Source: Amphiscolops sp. MND2022
Taxonomy: Eukaryota
Assembly (NCBI GenBank): GCA_964187785.1
Contig: OZ076413.1
Span: 54,870,001 to 54,934,000, forward strand
Direction: 5' to 3'
DNA: 64,000 nt
Shown: piece by piece, positions 1 through 13,292 of the stretch
Numbering within the stretch: position 1 is the stretch's first letter
How the letters are laid out: the number at the start of each line of letters is the position of its first letter
Program-made: the position numbers and the translations under genes
The notes under the pieces: generated by a model
The model's database searches: none
What the model was told of the DNA's origin: nothing
What the model saw: only the letters and a program-made list of their open reading frames with translations

Positions 1-48
1 CTACGCCCTAACCCTACCCCCAAATTTACTGATGAATATAGATACTAG
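1..48 (+). CDS. pol: C-terminal tail of E1 pol
   Basis: Peptide nearly identical to the last 15 aa of E2 pol; TAG at 46-48. Confidence 0.85.
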   Translation, partial: LRPNPTPKFTDEYRY

Positions 49-135
49 TCAGGAAAACTGAATTACTTGCCCCGTCATTTTCTTTAACAAATACCTTTTT
101 CTTGGGACCTGAACTACAGAGATACAATCCAACAG

Positions 136-3100
136 TCATAAATAAAACAACAAAGAAGAAAATGAACAAATGTACAGTCTAGAAACAGATGCACATAAAG
201 GTGATTGGCTTAATTCGCTCCGGGTCAATAAGTGACTCATCTTTTTAGATACTTTGGACTTCTTAGACTCAGCAGACTTAGTAACATTAGCGTTTTTGGT
301 CGCAGGATCTAAATTTCGACTGCGCTGGCAGGTTCCATCGGGATCCAATCGCTCAAGGATTTCGGCACGACCAAAGAAATCTACACTGTCCCAGGGGCTA
401 TAAATATCTGACGTCCCAACTCCAACGAAAGTGGGTTCCAAGCGCAAGAAAGCAGCAACGGACTGATCGGAGCTGACAGCTTCCACACTATAAGGCACGT
501 TTTGGAAATAAGATTGTACAGGTAACACCACGTCTACAAAACCACTTGTAGAATCGTCAGAATCAACTGAACCGAACTTGACTGGAGGTAGGGTCTGGAA
601 AGGCTCATCGAGGCACAAACAAGCCAAGCAGAAAAGCTTGAGTAGCAACGGACGACTCAGGAGGGTAGCTTGCTCGATCAGGAAAGCAACGGTATCCCGG
701 ATGAAAAGAGTAGGTTGACGTAACTCTGGATACCTGCGTCGGAGATCATCAACAAATGACGCATACTCTTCTTGACATTCAATTTCTTGTTCCAATGAAA
801 AGTGCCCTCGGAGTCGGAAGCTGGTGAACAGCTGAGAAAAGCAGTACATTGCGTGCGGTAGAGGTTCAAGCAACAGCGTATCCAGGTCAAAACTGCTTAG
901 GCCTTTCATTAGATCAGTAGTAAGGGTCTTCTGGTTTCGGACGGAACTGAACAGGTGAGAAACGTAACTTCTGGCAGACCTCCCGAAATCGTCCCTGTTC
1001 TTATTTGCCAACGCATCAAGTGGCATCCCCTGGTCCTTTTTGTCTCGGATGTCCTTTTCTGCCATGGCCCTGCATGCGACCCGAAGTCGCGAACCCAATT
1101 TGATCCGGGAGATGAACTCGGAGACTGTGAGAGCGGTTACGCTCTTGATATCCAAATTTAAGATAGCAGTCCAATTTTGTTCGTTTGGTAAATCTGCAGG
1201 GTTGGAACATCTTCGAGCGAGCTTGAACAAATATTGGCACAGTTGTCGGTACAAGTAGAAGTTGCGGTCCTTGCGTCCACTAAGGCTGATGGCGAAGCTA
1301 TTTGCATCTAAACATCACAAGCCGCTTACTAACGTAGTCAACTAGACGCGAAGTATACAAACAAAATTATTAAAATGCACTCTACGTCAGGTTATTTCAG
1401 AAGACCGAAGATTGTTTAATTAAAAAACTTCTCCTACCACAATAAGAAACAACATTTACTAACAACCCCGTGCAAGAATCTGGAAAAGTTCGAGCTTGGT
1501 AGTGAACAGGTCGTCATACACAATGGACCACTCCAGACTTTGTGGCTGAAAGGAATAACACCTGGTACCTAACAGTGAACATGGGCGAACTTTCAGTACG
1601 ACAGACACAAAGTCATTACCTGATTCTTCACTCCTTGCATCTCTTGAGTAACAGTAGCTGATCCCAAATACTCCAAGACTGCATCCCAGTTAGATAACAC
1701 TTCCTGACACATCACGTGAAGCTTAGCGTAGTCGAGTTTACAACTACGGATAGCCTAAAAACAAGACGAATGGTCACAAAGGCAATCTACAATATGACCG
1801 GACAGCAGGTCAAAAGAACATCTCCAACCTTTGAAAATTCGGGTGCGAGAAGAAGACACTCAAGGCTGAGACTGCCTCCTAGGAAGATTACAAGGTACTG
1901 CAGCACTGACACAAAGTTGATTCTTCCGAAGACACAATTGTTGCGCTTATGCATTAACTTCTGGAGAGACAACTCCTCAAACCTTTGGGGACTCTGGATC
2001 GCTCGGGGAAACAAAGGGCTTTTGTCCAACAATTGAAACAGCTCTAGTGAACATCCACTGCAGCAAACAAGAGTAGGACTCGTCGAAATTGCAGCTAGCA
2101 GCCCACTCAGTAGATTGACTTCGGCAGAGCAACGTCCTAGCACACGCCCAGTCCGTTTGAGAAGGACCCTACAGAGCTGATTGTCCCTCCAGAAACGTAG
2201 GTGTAGGAAGAGAAACACACCCTTGACCTCGAATTCAACAGCGTAATAGCCATTAGCAACGACGTGATGTCCAATGTCTTCCAGCATTTGCACAAAGATG
2301 TGATGGAAAAGCACCTAAAATGGAGAAAATTCTCAACCCAATCACCTAAAAGGAGGTATCCTGACGTCCAAGGAAGTCTCGAACCCTAGGTTTAGCTGAT
2401 AGGCCTGCGTAGATTAAAGAGACTTGGTTTTATCATAGTAAAATTACTAACAGAGTCTCTCTTTGCCCCAATTGAAGTCAGAGAAGAGGGCTTGGTGATT
2501 CACAACAACGCCCACATCCTTCCAAAGCCTCCTGAGCAACCCAAGGTCACCGATTGAAGGTAAGAAGTGCCCGAGGACGGATATCTGGACGCGAACTCTA
2601 TTATCTGAGGAAGACGTCATGTGCGTGATGCCAGCCATAGCCTCGTGATAATAGGGAAGTTTTTCACCGATGTCAATTAATTCTGCCTTCTTGAAGTGCT
2701 CATACTCCCTCCTGAGATCTTTGGGAGACAATATCAGACCTTTACTGTCTCGAACATGATGGTGGATGACTTTGTTGACCGGGTCTTCAACTGTAAGGTG
2801 TTCGTACCAACACCTCTGGTCCTTGCGGAGGTGACGTTCAGTCGAATGGTGCCTGAGGATTTCTTTAGCGCCGCGTCCATAAATTGAAATGTTCCCCTTA
2901 CAAATCTGACAATAGAATTTGTAAGGGTTCCACTTAGGGTCCATAGGACCGGATACAAATGTTCTTGTCCATGCCATCCCATCTAACATCTCATCTCTAA
3001 GAATCCTACTAGACCTTGCTACGGCTTTACGAGGGTTCTTGGGCTTGACCTTTGGTGCAGGTTTCTTTTGCCCTTTGCCTTTGTCTTGGCTGCTTCCTGC

Positions 3101-4487
3101 TTCAATTCTGCCAAGGTCTGGTTTCCAGGGCTTTCGCAAGTGGCAGAATTGGGGGTGGCAGCTGGGTCAACACGGCTGATACTAGCAACTGGAGGACTAG
3201 GAATTTGGACAGCTGACAATCGACTCGAGCAGTGTCCAGGATCAATATCGCTCCAGAACTCCCCCTCACTAGTTGCTCCTCAACCCCGTAAGACGTCAAG
3301 TCCCCTTCTGACCCAGTAGAACAAGAACGAAGGGATTCTGGGCGGTGCATTGGGCCTTTACTTGCAGATGGGGAATCACGGAGGCTCAACTGACTAGCAC
3401 GTATAACGACGCTGTTAAGCATCTCAAACGATGCTCTTGCCGTCTCATCTGCGACGATTCGTAAAATGTGTCCAATTTGTTCTTGGTTGAGGGCGACGGT
3501 CGGGTGTCCCTGTGGCAAATTAAATGAGGGGGTTTTCTCAAAATAGGTCCGAATTAGCTCTTGACTATTGATAGAGAGTGGGGCAGGCCCCCCGGTGCGA
3601 TGGATTGCTTCCTCAGGGGAAACATAGCTGGACTCACTTAGGGCAGGAGCAAAGTTCTTGACTGGAGCAGTAATAGCGTCAGCTAATGTTGACCTCTTGG
3701 GCTGGACGGACTCAGGGTCACTAATGGCTGGGACTTCTGCTTCATTGCATGACATTGGTACATCCTCTCCTGACGTAGCTCGAGACTGAGAATCAATGGG
3801 GCTGGAGGCGGAGGCTCCGCTGACGACAGGGTGCTCTCGCGCAGGGGCAAAGGTAAATTCCATTGGTAGAGCACCAATGTTGACCTTACTCTTAGGGTGC
3901 TTACTGCCTTGTCCCTGATCGCGTACGTTGGAGTGTACAGGAGGAGTCGCAAGAGAAAGCTTCTCCGGTTCTTGTTCATGAACCTCGGTAATTGGTTTGG
4001 CAGGAGGAACGGTTGGATTCAGTTCTATGGGTTCGCTGATGCAGACCTTAGGAGGGGCTGACAGAACGTCAGGTGCATCTTTCTTTCCCTGGGAGCACAT
4101 AGCAGCAAATTTCCGAGAACAATAGGCACCCACACTTTCGTCGGAACCACTACTGGCAAACACGGAACCTCCTCGTTTGTAAATTTCAGCTAAAAGGGAT
4201 ATATTCTCGGCTTCACGCTTGATTTGAGCTACACCTAAACGCTCCGGTGTAGTGACCTCTGGTTCAGGCTGTTTCTGAGGGGAATATTCGGGCTCGGAAG
4301 AGGATAAGGTAATCTCAACCACTTCAATCTCATCCTCCGTGCGGTCACTAGATTGTCCTTCAACGTCAGCATTTTGTTGGCTAGTATCCATCATCTCTTC
4401 GTTAGACTGAGTTGGTTGGCTGTTTGAATTCTCTCCTAAAAGGAAAGATATAAATGAGCGCGGTTGACTTCCTGCATAAAAATCCAT
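136..4487 (-). pseudogene. E1 antisense 5-exon accessory gene (BED-type Zn finger plus hAT-transposase-like body). Exons 4487-2452, 2314-1829, 1754-1620, 1545-1464, 1307-136.
   Basis: GT..AG introns of 137/74/74/156 nt join ORF-track fragments into one protein colinear with the E2 gene. N-terminus MDFYAGSQPRSFISF vs MDSYSGSYPLKFVSF. Exon 1 has frameshifts near 3275 and 3075, and an apparent 2-nt loss at the first donor. Confidence 0.85.
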
Positions 4488-6233
4488 CTTGCCGCAAATT
4501 TAAGAAAACTTCCGGAAGTAGATTAGACACAATGTTCACGTTCGTGACAGAACATTTCATGATGGAGGAAGTGGCAAAGTTAGAATTAAAACCCTGATCA
4601 AGTTTATTTCTAACAAAATTAAAAAAACCAACCATCCATATGGAAGGGCAGAATTGATGTGACTCAGTCCTTTCGTAAAATGCGCTGGGTATTGAAGAGT
4701 TGGATCAGTTACAGGATAGTTGACAGCAAGTCAGGTCCGCCCAAGTAGATTAATTCCCCAAAGATCCCAAAATAAGTAATTCACTTTATGGGAAATAACA
4801 GTTTAGCTGCCGAATTACTTCAGAAAAAGTGGTTGGCCTTACTCAGAAAGCTGGCAATAGTCCCAAGGTCAGAGAGACTGCAAGAGAATACCGAAATAAT
4901 CTATTGCAACTCAAGTGATGCTACTTGAGGTTGATTACTCAGCAATTGACAAGATAAGAAATTTAAATGTAGAAATGATTCCTGGAATGGAAAGTTCAAA
5001 TTGTTTGCGATGATACCCGCTACTTTGAAATCCAAGGTCAGAGAGACAGCACTAAATTACAAAGGTAAATCAGTACAGCTCAAGTGATACTACTTGAATA
5101 TCAAACAACAAGGAGAATGCAATTGAATTGAAAGATTACAACTAGAATAATGAATGAAATTTCACTGACTGAATCAAATGAAAAGATGTCAACTGATACT
5201 AATTGTCACGCCAGTTACTAAAGCAATCTAATTCTTGTGTTTATTTAACTAGTGCTATGTACTAACACGCTGTACCATCCAAGTGACGTCATGAATACAT
5301 TTAGACTGAAAGTACTCTAGACAGCACTCCTTTACCAGCATAGTAGTACTTGACTAATTAGACGCACGGTCCACTTGACTGCAAGCAAATACCTGCATAC
5401 TACTATTCACACTTAATAAAGAGTAACCTAATACAATTATGACGTCATCATCACCTTCTTACCTGAAGCGGTGTTAATGGCATTATGATACTCCTCAGTA
5501 CTCACTAGCGATTATGAAACCACCTCCATCCCTTCTCTGAATTTATCCGATATGTACAATTCGTTGCTACTAATTGCTAACATCAAAGAATCGTGGCTAC
5601 ATGTAAACTTGCTCAAAGTTACCAATTGTCTAGACCAACGTGACAATAAGTCCCGTACCTGTTAGCGGTGTACTTACTACAGGTTAACATATTGAAAAAT
5701 CAACATATCTTCATTCGGTTAAACGTTACGTGCAATTTCATTCCATAAAATTACAAACCATTTCATGAAACTTAGTTAATTCTCTTTACTCGGCGATTTT
5801 ACTCGATTTACTCATCATTATTATCCACTCATTCAGATAGCTAATTAGTCAGACCTACTACTGCAGTCGGCCTGACCAAAGGTCTTTGATGCCAATTGTT
5901 TACAGAGAATTAACACTAACACCTCTTACACCGTCAATGAGGTGTCTTTGAAAATGAAAGTAAACTCAACTTAAGAGGCAATTAATAAACTCTTACAGGC
6001 CGTAAACTCTAGATTGTTGATGACCATTCACCCAAATTGAAACCTATAAGGAAACAGTTGGGGAAGATGTGGGTAAATTTCCCGCTCAACCGTTCCCGCG
6101 AAAACGGGAGCAGACCTATAGTCAGTCTGACTTCACCTCGTCATTCCTACCCTAAAGTTCTCTCGGAAATGGCCGCAAAGAAACTCAAACCAAAATTGCT
6201 AAAAAACTTCTCATTCAACGTTTCTACTAGGAA

Positions 6234-7057
6234 ATGTCTCTACAATTTTCTTTGGAGGAACACGATAGACCTCTAGTTAGCCTTTCGTACCAGTCATCCG
6301 ATGAAGAAATGGAAGTGGACTCAGTGTCCATTGCAGAAGGGCCTGACGGTCAAGATTCTGACGACGATATACAAGTTCTTGCTTGTTATCGTGAAAATAT
6401 ACCCTTCCCTCCACAACTCACCGCGGGTCGGGCAAGTTACGACAGAGTTAGCTCATTGCTTAAATGACCTGAACATACCAGCTGACGATTTAATTGGATC
6501 AGTAAGCACTTTTACAGATCCGTCACAAGACTTGCTCGATTGGTGTGTAGGGGGCCTCAAGAACTTCTTATGGCTCAAATGCGGATGACCACCCAATAAC
6601 GTAATGTGGCCAGCTAAACCCAATACGGGACTCACCGTGGTCACCTCCGTTAGAAGACCAAGGACCATCAGTTGACACCTACCAGCCTACGCAACCTCAT
6701 GGTTCGGCAAACTCATGGTATGGCAATTCACACATCACAGGCCTAGGAATTAGCGTCAGTGGAAGTTGTGGCCAACCGAATGAGACGACCCAAACTGGTT
6801 GCGTGATCTGTGGGAAATCATCTGCCGACATTAAAGAAGAAATAACACTGGGGTACCTTGAACAGACACACATTCCCGGAGAGACTTATGAGCAGCGGAT
6901 TGCTAGACGTGATGCATTCCAGGCAGGTATGAAAGCAGGGACGTTCATACTTGTACCGGGGGGAGTGTCGCAAGCTGCCGCTTGTGACGGCGTCCTATAC
7001 CAAATGATGCCAGAAGGTAATGAGACACTACCAGCACCCGGGGTACTACCTATCTAA
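6234..7057 (+). pseudogene. E1 sense accessory ORF3 (acidic N-terminus, CVIC motif, ends inside U3)
   Basis: Homologous to E2 24946-25778 (SSDEE; CGQLNPIRDSPWSPP vs CSGLIPLVDTPMSPP; CVICGKS...PGGVSQAAACDG). TAA near 6602 where E2 has TTA; frameshift(s) upstream. Confidence 0.78.
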
Positions 7058-8514
7058 ACAAACTCTGAAACAAACTTTAGCATTTATTCTGATAGTTTAA
7101 TATTAGTTTCATACATGTAACGACCGAAGTATTAGCGCTAAACATGTAATTTCTATGCTACTATTTAGACCTAAGGTCAAACTGACAGCATTCAATCAGT
7201 ACATTTATTCAATTGCTATTATTTATTTGTTACTATTTAGAATTTCCCATTGATGAAATTACTTACAATTAGTCTGTACCTAAAGTACATCACTTAGTTA
7301 ACGATGCAACACTTAGCAAATTAACTCAACTGCTGTTAAACGATGTTTAAAGAGTACTTTAAGACACTTTTCTGAGCAGTTAATTAACTAGTACTCTACT
7401 GCAGTCAAATTGACGTGTGGTCGCAAGTACTTGTTGACCAATCAGAGTGAAGCACCAGTCTATCATTGCAGTCATGCTGACGCATGGTCAAATTTGGAAT
7501 TTCATTGAGTATTGATGTTACCAATGCATGAAAGGTTGTTTTTAACCTGAATTTGAATACATGTAAAGATACCCATTGTTTGTTTGATGCTATTCATATC
7601 TCTTCATTTGTGTGACGTAATGTCAAAACCTCCAGTCTATTTTTAGAACTAGTGACCTAATAATGAAACCGGGGCTATATTTAGAATGATATCACCCTAA
7701 ATTTAGTTCCTGACACGCAAAATATTGCGTGTCATGCAGTATAAACTATATATACGCGGAACTTGTAATAAAAGGATTCATTCATTGATTGAGAACGCTA
7801 CGATACAAAACTGTTCAATTTGTTACTGTTGATTAATTCACTGTTGAAACCAAATCCATTTCTTGAAAATGCCTTCAACTAGAAAGCAGAAAGCAAGAGA
7901 GAAACGTTCTAGACAGTCTGACGTAATGTCTGATATAGAAAATCTAGATGTAATGTTAGGAAGTTATCAGAGAGAGAATAATGAATTCCGAGGTGAGAAT
8001 AATGAAAATACATTAGACCAAAGGTCTGATGAACGGGAAGGCCAGGATCGAAATGTGGAAGACTATCAAACCTTCCTGAATAACAATCCAAGTGAAAATA
8101 GTTGTTTGACCATTGAAACTAGTAGAGTTATTAGTTCTGAAATTTCATCACAGATGTCAAGGAAGTTTCAGGAAATGCAAACTAGTCTAAATTCTCAGAT
8201 ATTGGATGTTATAAACACTGCGATTGACACTAGGGTGCTTCCCAGCATCAAAAATGCTGTTAGGAGACAGAATTCAGCGAAAAACACAAGTTTAGACCTT
8301 CGGTCAGATGGACTGCATGAAGATACTGCCGCCCCAGGAAATTCTCAGAAGGACCTTCGGTCAAATAGACTGCATCCGGAAAATACCAGTAAATCGTACC
8401 ACGATGCTCAGAATGAGTTTCCGAGGTTAATTTCAATCAAAAATAACCAAACAAATCATCGCAGAGAGAATTCAGGTGATTCTCAAGTTAGTGACGATGA
8501 ATATGGTTATGACA
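6966..8514 (+). repeat. E1 3' LTR (about 1549 bp)
   Basis: Starts TGTCGCAA directly after the PPT and ends TTATGACA (imperfect terminal inverted repeat). Same internal order as the E2 LTR: ORF3 tail, GACGT motif, TATATA, gag N-terminus. Confidence 0.82.
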
Positions 8515-8591
8515 CTTCATCAACAAACTCTGCATTCTCACATACAATTTTTCATCATCTTCTTCTTGGACTCAATGGACGCCAGATTTAG
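7869..8591 (+). CDS. gag: gag N-terminus encoded in the E1 3' LTR, reading out into flanking DNA
   Basis: MPSTRKQKAREKRSRQSDVMSDIENLDVMLG matches the E2 gag start. The LTR ends at 8514 and the ORF continues to 8591 in unrelated sequence. Confidence 0.7.
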   Translation: MPSTRKQKAREKRSRQSDVMSDIENLDVMLGSYQRENNEFRGENNENTLDQRSDEREGQDRNVEDYQTFLNNNPSENSCLTIETSRVISSEISSQMSRKFQEMQTSLNSQILDVINTAIDTRVLPSIKNAVRRQNSAKNTSLDLRSDGLHEDTAAPGNSQKDLRSNRLHPENTSKSYHDAQNEFPRLISIKNNQTNHRRENSGDSQVSDDEYGYDTSSTNSAFSHTIFHHLLLGLNGRQI

Positions 8592-11069
8592 ACAAAATTC
8601 CGAACAAATTTAAACTTCTGTGACAAAAGGTGCCAATCTTGCTATCATCTCCTTCATTTTAAAATACCAAAGACGCTTCCTTATTTGGTTCAGGTGCGAT
8701 CTTATATCAGCCTACTTGCTCAAATTAAAAGCGCCTTATTTCCTAAAACTCTCCATTTTATGACAAACTCAAGAACAAAATATACAGCCTATGACGGAAA
8801 AGTTTTATTTCCTTCGATCTCAAAACGTACGAACTTATAATGATTGCTCAAAATTTCCAATACCACATTCTCCTGAAAATAATCCAATTTTGGTTCGTTT
8901 CACCATAGAAGGCAATCTCACCGTAGACAATATAAAGCCCATATGTTATCAACAAATTTGGCAAACCTCCGAAATATACATACCGCTGGTACCAATATAA
9001 CCTCAGACAATTAAGTTTAACTACCGTACAACCTTGTGCTCAGGCCCTTTCTTCCGTAGGAAATACACGCTTAATCACTGATGTTTCTGTTCGCGACAAA
9101 GGTAAATGTACTAAAGCTTGGACAATTGTTAAACGTGACAAAAAGTCTCAGCTCAATCCGAATATGAATTTTGTCGTTATCGAAATGATCACCATCGAAA
9201 TACTATAGAACGCCGACGTACTGGAACATACAACTCTAAACCTAATGCGTTTGATTACAACGCCCTCTTGAAACTAATCAATAATTATACTAATAGTTTT
9301 TGCTAAACGATTAAACTAAATAGTTTTCGCATAACTAAACTTATCACCTACTAATATGACACTTTTGCCTGGGTTACCTACCAATTCTCAATTTGTTTAA
9401 AAGCCGAGAAAGAGCAGTTTGCTGGGACAGATATGAATATATCATTCAAAAAGACAGGTCGACACTCATTGTTAAAAATTTGAAATCAAATGGATGATAT
9501 AGAAAACAAACTCATTCAAATTGGTCACAGTCTTCCTTGTCTTCCTGATGATGGTTTTTGCGAACAAACGATAATAACACCATACACCATTGTTTGGTAC
9601 TCTGACGATTTAAGTCTTGTATTTTGAATTCACTCCTTCATTGTACGAAAATCTATAAGTACTAATGGATTTTTGCTCGAAACTTGACACGTCTTTGATC
9701 AATCCTACCCCTCATATGAAACACGTTATCATGACTGTAAATCACAAACTCACTCTCATAATCTGATCATCATGCATATTGGCCAACGTGGCCCTCTTTA
9801 TCTACCTTCTACCTGAAGCTGAATAAAATGGTTAAGTTTCAAACCAACTTTTCAGTGGAAAACTCATTCGAATAGAATAAAAATACCTTTTTCCCTGTTT
9901 TAAATTCTTCAATTAATTTTGCTACCATACATTATTAAAGCCCATAAAGATACCAAAAAAACTACGATACCAATTATGTCTTCTGAACAACGACTCTCGC
10001 AGATCTCAACACTCTACACACTATTTGTGAAGTCTATCGAGCTCAATTGTTTCATTATGTCTCTGAACAAATTTCTGACAACTCAGACTCTGAAATTGCA
10101 CACCCACTACTCAACTAGTTGGTGACTGCCCCTTTGACTGATAATGCTGCATCGATGACATCGTTTTCAGTTTCTGCTCTACCAATTTTACCACCCTTCT
10201 TAACTTTTGTGCAACAACCAGTTTCCACTTCTTCTTCGACACCTGTGTCCAGTACAAACAATGAATATTCCCCGATGAATTCCGTAGTCATGCCTCTACT
10301 TCCTCAAATTCCGTCGTCCCACAACCCATTTGCAAACTTAGAAGTCACGCCATCCACGAATAAACGAGTTACACCTAACACAAAAAAATCCACTCTGTAA
10401 AATACAAACAAAAGCTCACAACTATCATGAAGCTTTATATACTTTTTAGCATTTTTCAGAGTAATAAAATAAATTTCCAATTTAACAAATATTTCTAATG
10501 ATTCAAATGAATTGCAAACTTACTGTTCATTTCCGCTCCTCGTTTGATGCTAGCAAAGTATAAGAATGCTCCCACTCAGAATGTAAAACCATTCACTACT
10601 CAATGCCCCCAATCAAAATTGTATTACAATAACCCAAAACATTTATTTTATAAGTACCCTCAATCTCATAATTATCATCGATCACAATTCACTCCTAATC
10701 ACTTCAATTGATCCAAATCCTTTCGTTCACCACAAGTTCCATCTTGTTTTCTTCCGCGCGACATCCGTCCCCATGCTCATTCGAACTTTGCCAATTAACA
10801 AATCTGATCCACAACAATCTTACACACTTAGTTCTTTAAATTCACTCCTTTCTTCTCTTGAAGATGTTAATTGACTATTAATTACACACTAATTCTACAT
10901 GCTAAACCTATTTCTTTTACTATATTCTTTGTCTTGAGTTATCTTCTCTACAGTTTTATCATACAAATAAAAAAGGCATACAAATTAATTTTTGATGCTA
11001 AACTTTGATGTATTTATTTCTTATGCAATCTCATTTTGCCTGATAAAATAAAACTTTGTCACAAGATCG

Positions 11070-11311
11070 TCTTATCAATGCATTTTTGTCATAATTTGTA
11101 TAATCACTACAAATAAATTAGTGCACATACAAACTTCTCATCTTTTACAAAAAAAAACTCTTCAAATATTTTCCGAAACAAGTTCCTCAGAAACTTCAAT
11201 TCTAAGAACATCTCACTTCAAAGCTCAAGTCTCCTGGGTAAAATTAGAAGCTTACTCACCTCAATCCGTGATTTTCACTCATTTGGATATATATGATTCC
11301 ACTCCTTTGAT
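11070..11311 (+). repeat. Partial copy of the 350-bp tandem repeat; the array continues at 27455
   Basis: Similar to 27570-27810; ends CACTCCTTTGAT exactly where the MITE begins. Confidence 0.85.
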
Positions 11312-11641
11312 GGGGAAATGGACGATTGAGTCCCAAATGCAAAAAGCGACAATTGAGTCCCAAAACAAATTGAGTCCCAAAATACATTAAATTTAGGGGG
11401 TCGACAATTGAGTCCCAAATAATTCAGATATGAAATATTATTATAACGTAGTCAGATATGTTCACATACCCCTAGTGCTCTAAATGCAGGAGCGAAGCGA
11501 AGCGGAGCGACGTGCCATATGGCCATGCCTCAATGTTGCTACTTGGCGAAGGGAGCGAAGCGACCGAGCCATACAACAAATATGCAACCTTTTCAATTGT
11601 CGCTATTTATATTTGGGACTCAACTGTCGGCATTTGGTAAG

Positions 11642-13279
11642 TGTCGCAGGCGGCCGCCTGCGATGGCAACCTCTATACCATAGACCACAGTATGCCAATT
11701 GCCCTACCCGGAACATTACTTTTATAACTACAAGGATAAATAACTTTGAGAACATTATTTCATTTAATATTTGCAACACATGTAAACCAATTTATGTATT
11801 TTATTTGTAATATGATTGATGTTTGACAGCAAGCTATACTGACAGGCAGAAAGGAAACGAGTTCAAATGTTTGCCTGTTAAGTATAGCTAGCATAGCCGC
11901 GCACGGCATATTAGCCAATCATAGCTCATCTTGTTTTATTTGTAGTTGTAGTAATGCATTCACTTATTAATCAGAATGGACCGTCACGGTCACTTGGCCT
12001 AAGCGGACTAATTGCATTTTGTTGCTATACTGAGTTGCTGTTAAATAAATAGAACAAAGCGGATGCTGTCTTAATGGCTGAACGGCCTTACTTGTCCAAA
12101 TGTCGCTAGTGCTACTGCTAGAGAAATAAGGCCCTATGCGGCCAGCGGACTAAATGAGTATTCTCATTTGTTAATATGATGAAATCGATGCTATTATTGA
12201 TATGTTAATGAAATACGTGTTATGTATTACTGAGTGTTCAACCTCATGTAAACGTTAATATGTAGTGTTACTTCCCCTGTTTAATATGATAACATGGGGT
12301 TAAATGGTTCCTCGCGACAATAGACCGTGTAGGACCGCCATGAATCATTTTGCATGTAAAACTGTTGCTTACATGAATTTGTATATCTGAACATTTTGAC
12401 CTATATGCAACGTGGCCCTGCTAGGCGCTTTGATTTAGCCGCCTATATAGGTCCACGCTGACGTCATGTAGCTATTTATAGTTCTGATGTATCTATTTTT
12501 AGCCTGTGTGCTATTTTTAGCAGCATGACCATCAGAATTGCGGACGTCATGCTGTCTTGAGTATATATATGCCCAAGTTAGCCCACAATTTTAATGATTG
12601 ATACGATACGGTTATTATTCAGTTATTCTTTTACTGAGAGTACAAGATTCACTGTAAACCCAACAAACATTGTCCACAGGAACAATTTACTTATTTTCTC
12701 CTGGAAAGATATTTTCAATGCCGTCTACAAGAAAACAAAAGGCTAAAGCCAGGAGGTCGAGAGAGTTAGACATGTTGTCCGACTACGGTAACATGGACGT
12801 GATGCTAGGCGAAGGTAATTCTAACTCTATAGAAAGAGAGCTAGATAGTCTCATTAATGTCCCTGAAGGGCCGCAAGACTTCAGGTCATTTCCTAACAGG
12901 GAAAATTCATCTCAAGAAAATGAGATTAGAGATATTGATAACAGAAACGAACCAGTTAGAGAAAGTAGACTAACAGAATCAATTAATATGTTGTCTGGAG
13001 AAATGAATGCTAGAATGTCTCGTGAAATGGAAACAATGATGGATTTAATGCAATCACAAATCAGTAGCGCTATTAGCTCTGCCATAAGTGAAAGGATTAT
13101 TCCTGAGATACAGAACATGGTGGAAAACTTGCCTTTGAGTCAACCTGGCGCTGGACCGTGTATGTCCTCAAATGAGGATGGAATGAGAAATGTATGGAAA
13201 AGCTCAAATACGAAATTAACAAAGAAGGACTCAAGGTCTGCATGCGATCTGAGGGACCATGTGGACCCTGTTCCTTACA
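11642..13279 (+). repeat. E2 5' LTR
   Basis: Direct repeat of 25693-27330; about 8 substitutions seen by eye (about 99.5% identity); TATATATA near 12564. Confidence 0.97.
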
Positions 13280-13292
13280 TGGTGACAGGAGC
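13280..13292 (+). promoter_or_regulatory. Putative primer-binding site TGGTGACAGGAGC; priming tRNA not identified
   Basis: TGG immediately follows the LTR CA; lies inside gag coding sequence (codons M-V-T-G). Confidence 0.75.

Larger units (their letters stand above)
1..8514 (+). mobile_element. Gypsy LTR retrotransposon E1, 3' half (pol end, accessory module, PPT, 3' LTR); 5' part lies outside the window
   Basis: Bases 1-48 encode LRPNPTPKFTDEYRY*, matching the E2 pol end (LRPNPTPNYTDEYRY*, 19621). Downstream gene order is the same as in E2. PPT GGGGGGAG at 6958-6965 is followed by TGTCGC. Confidence 0.92.

Noticed and set aside
8515-11070. A/C-rich region with short ORFs, possibly an ancient retroelement remnant
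   Set aside because: No motif or structure I can support.
11325-11420. Short regularly spaced repeats (also 27345-27440 and 53660-54010) resembling CRISPR arrays
   Set aside because: They are inverted between the two ends of small elements, spacing is irregular, and no cas genes are present; these are MITE subterminal repeats.
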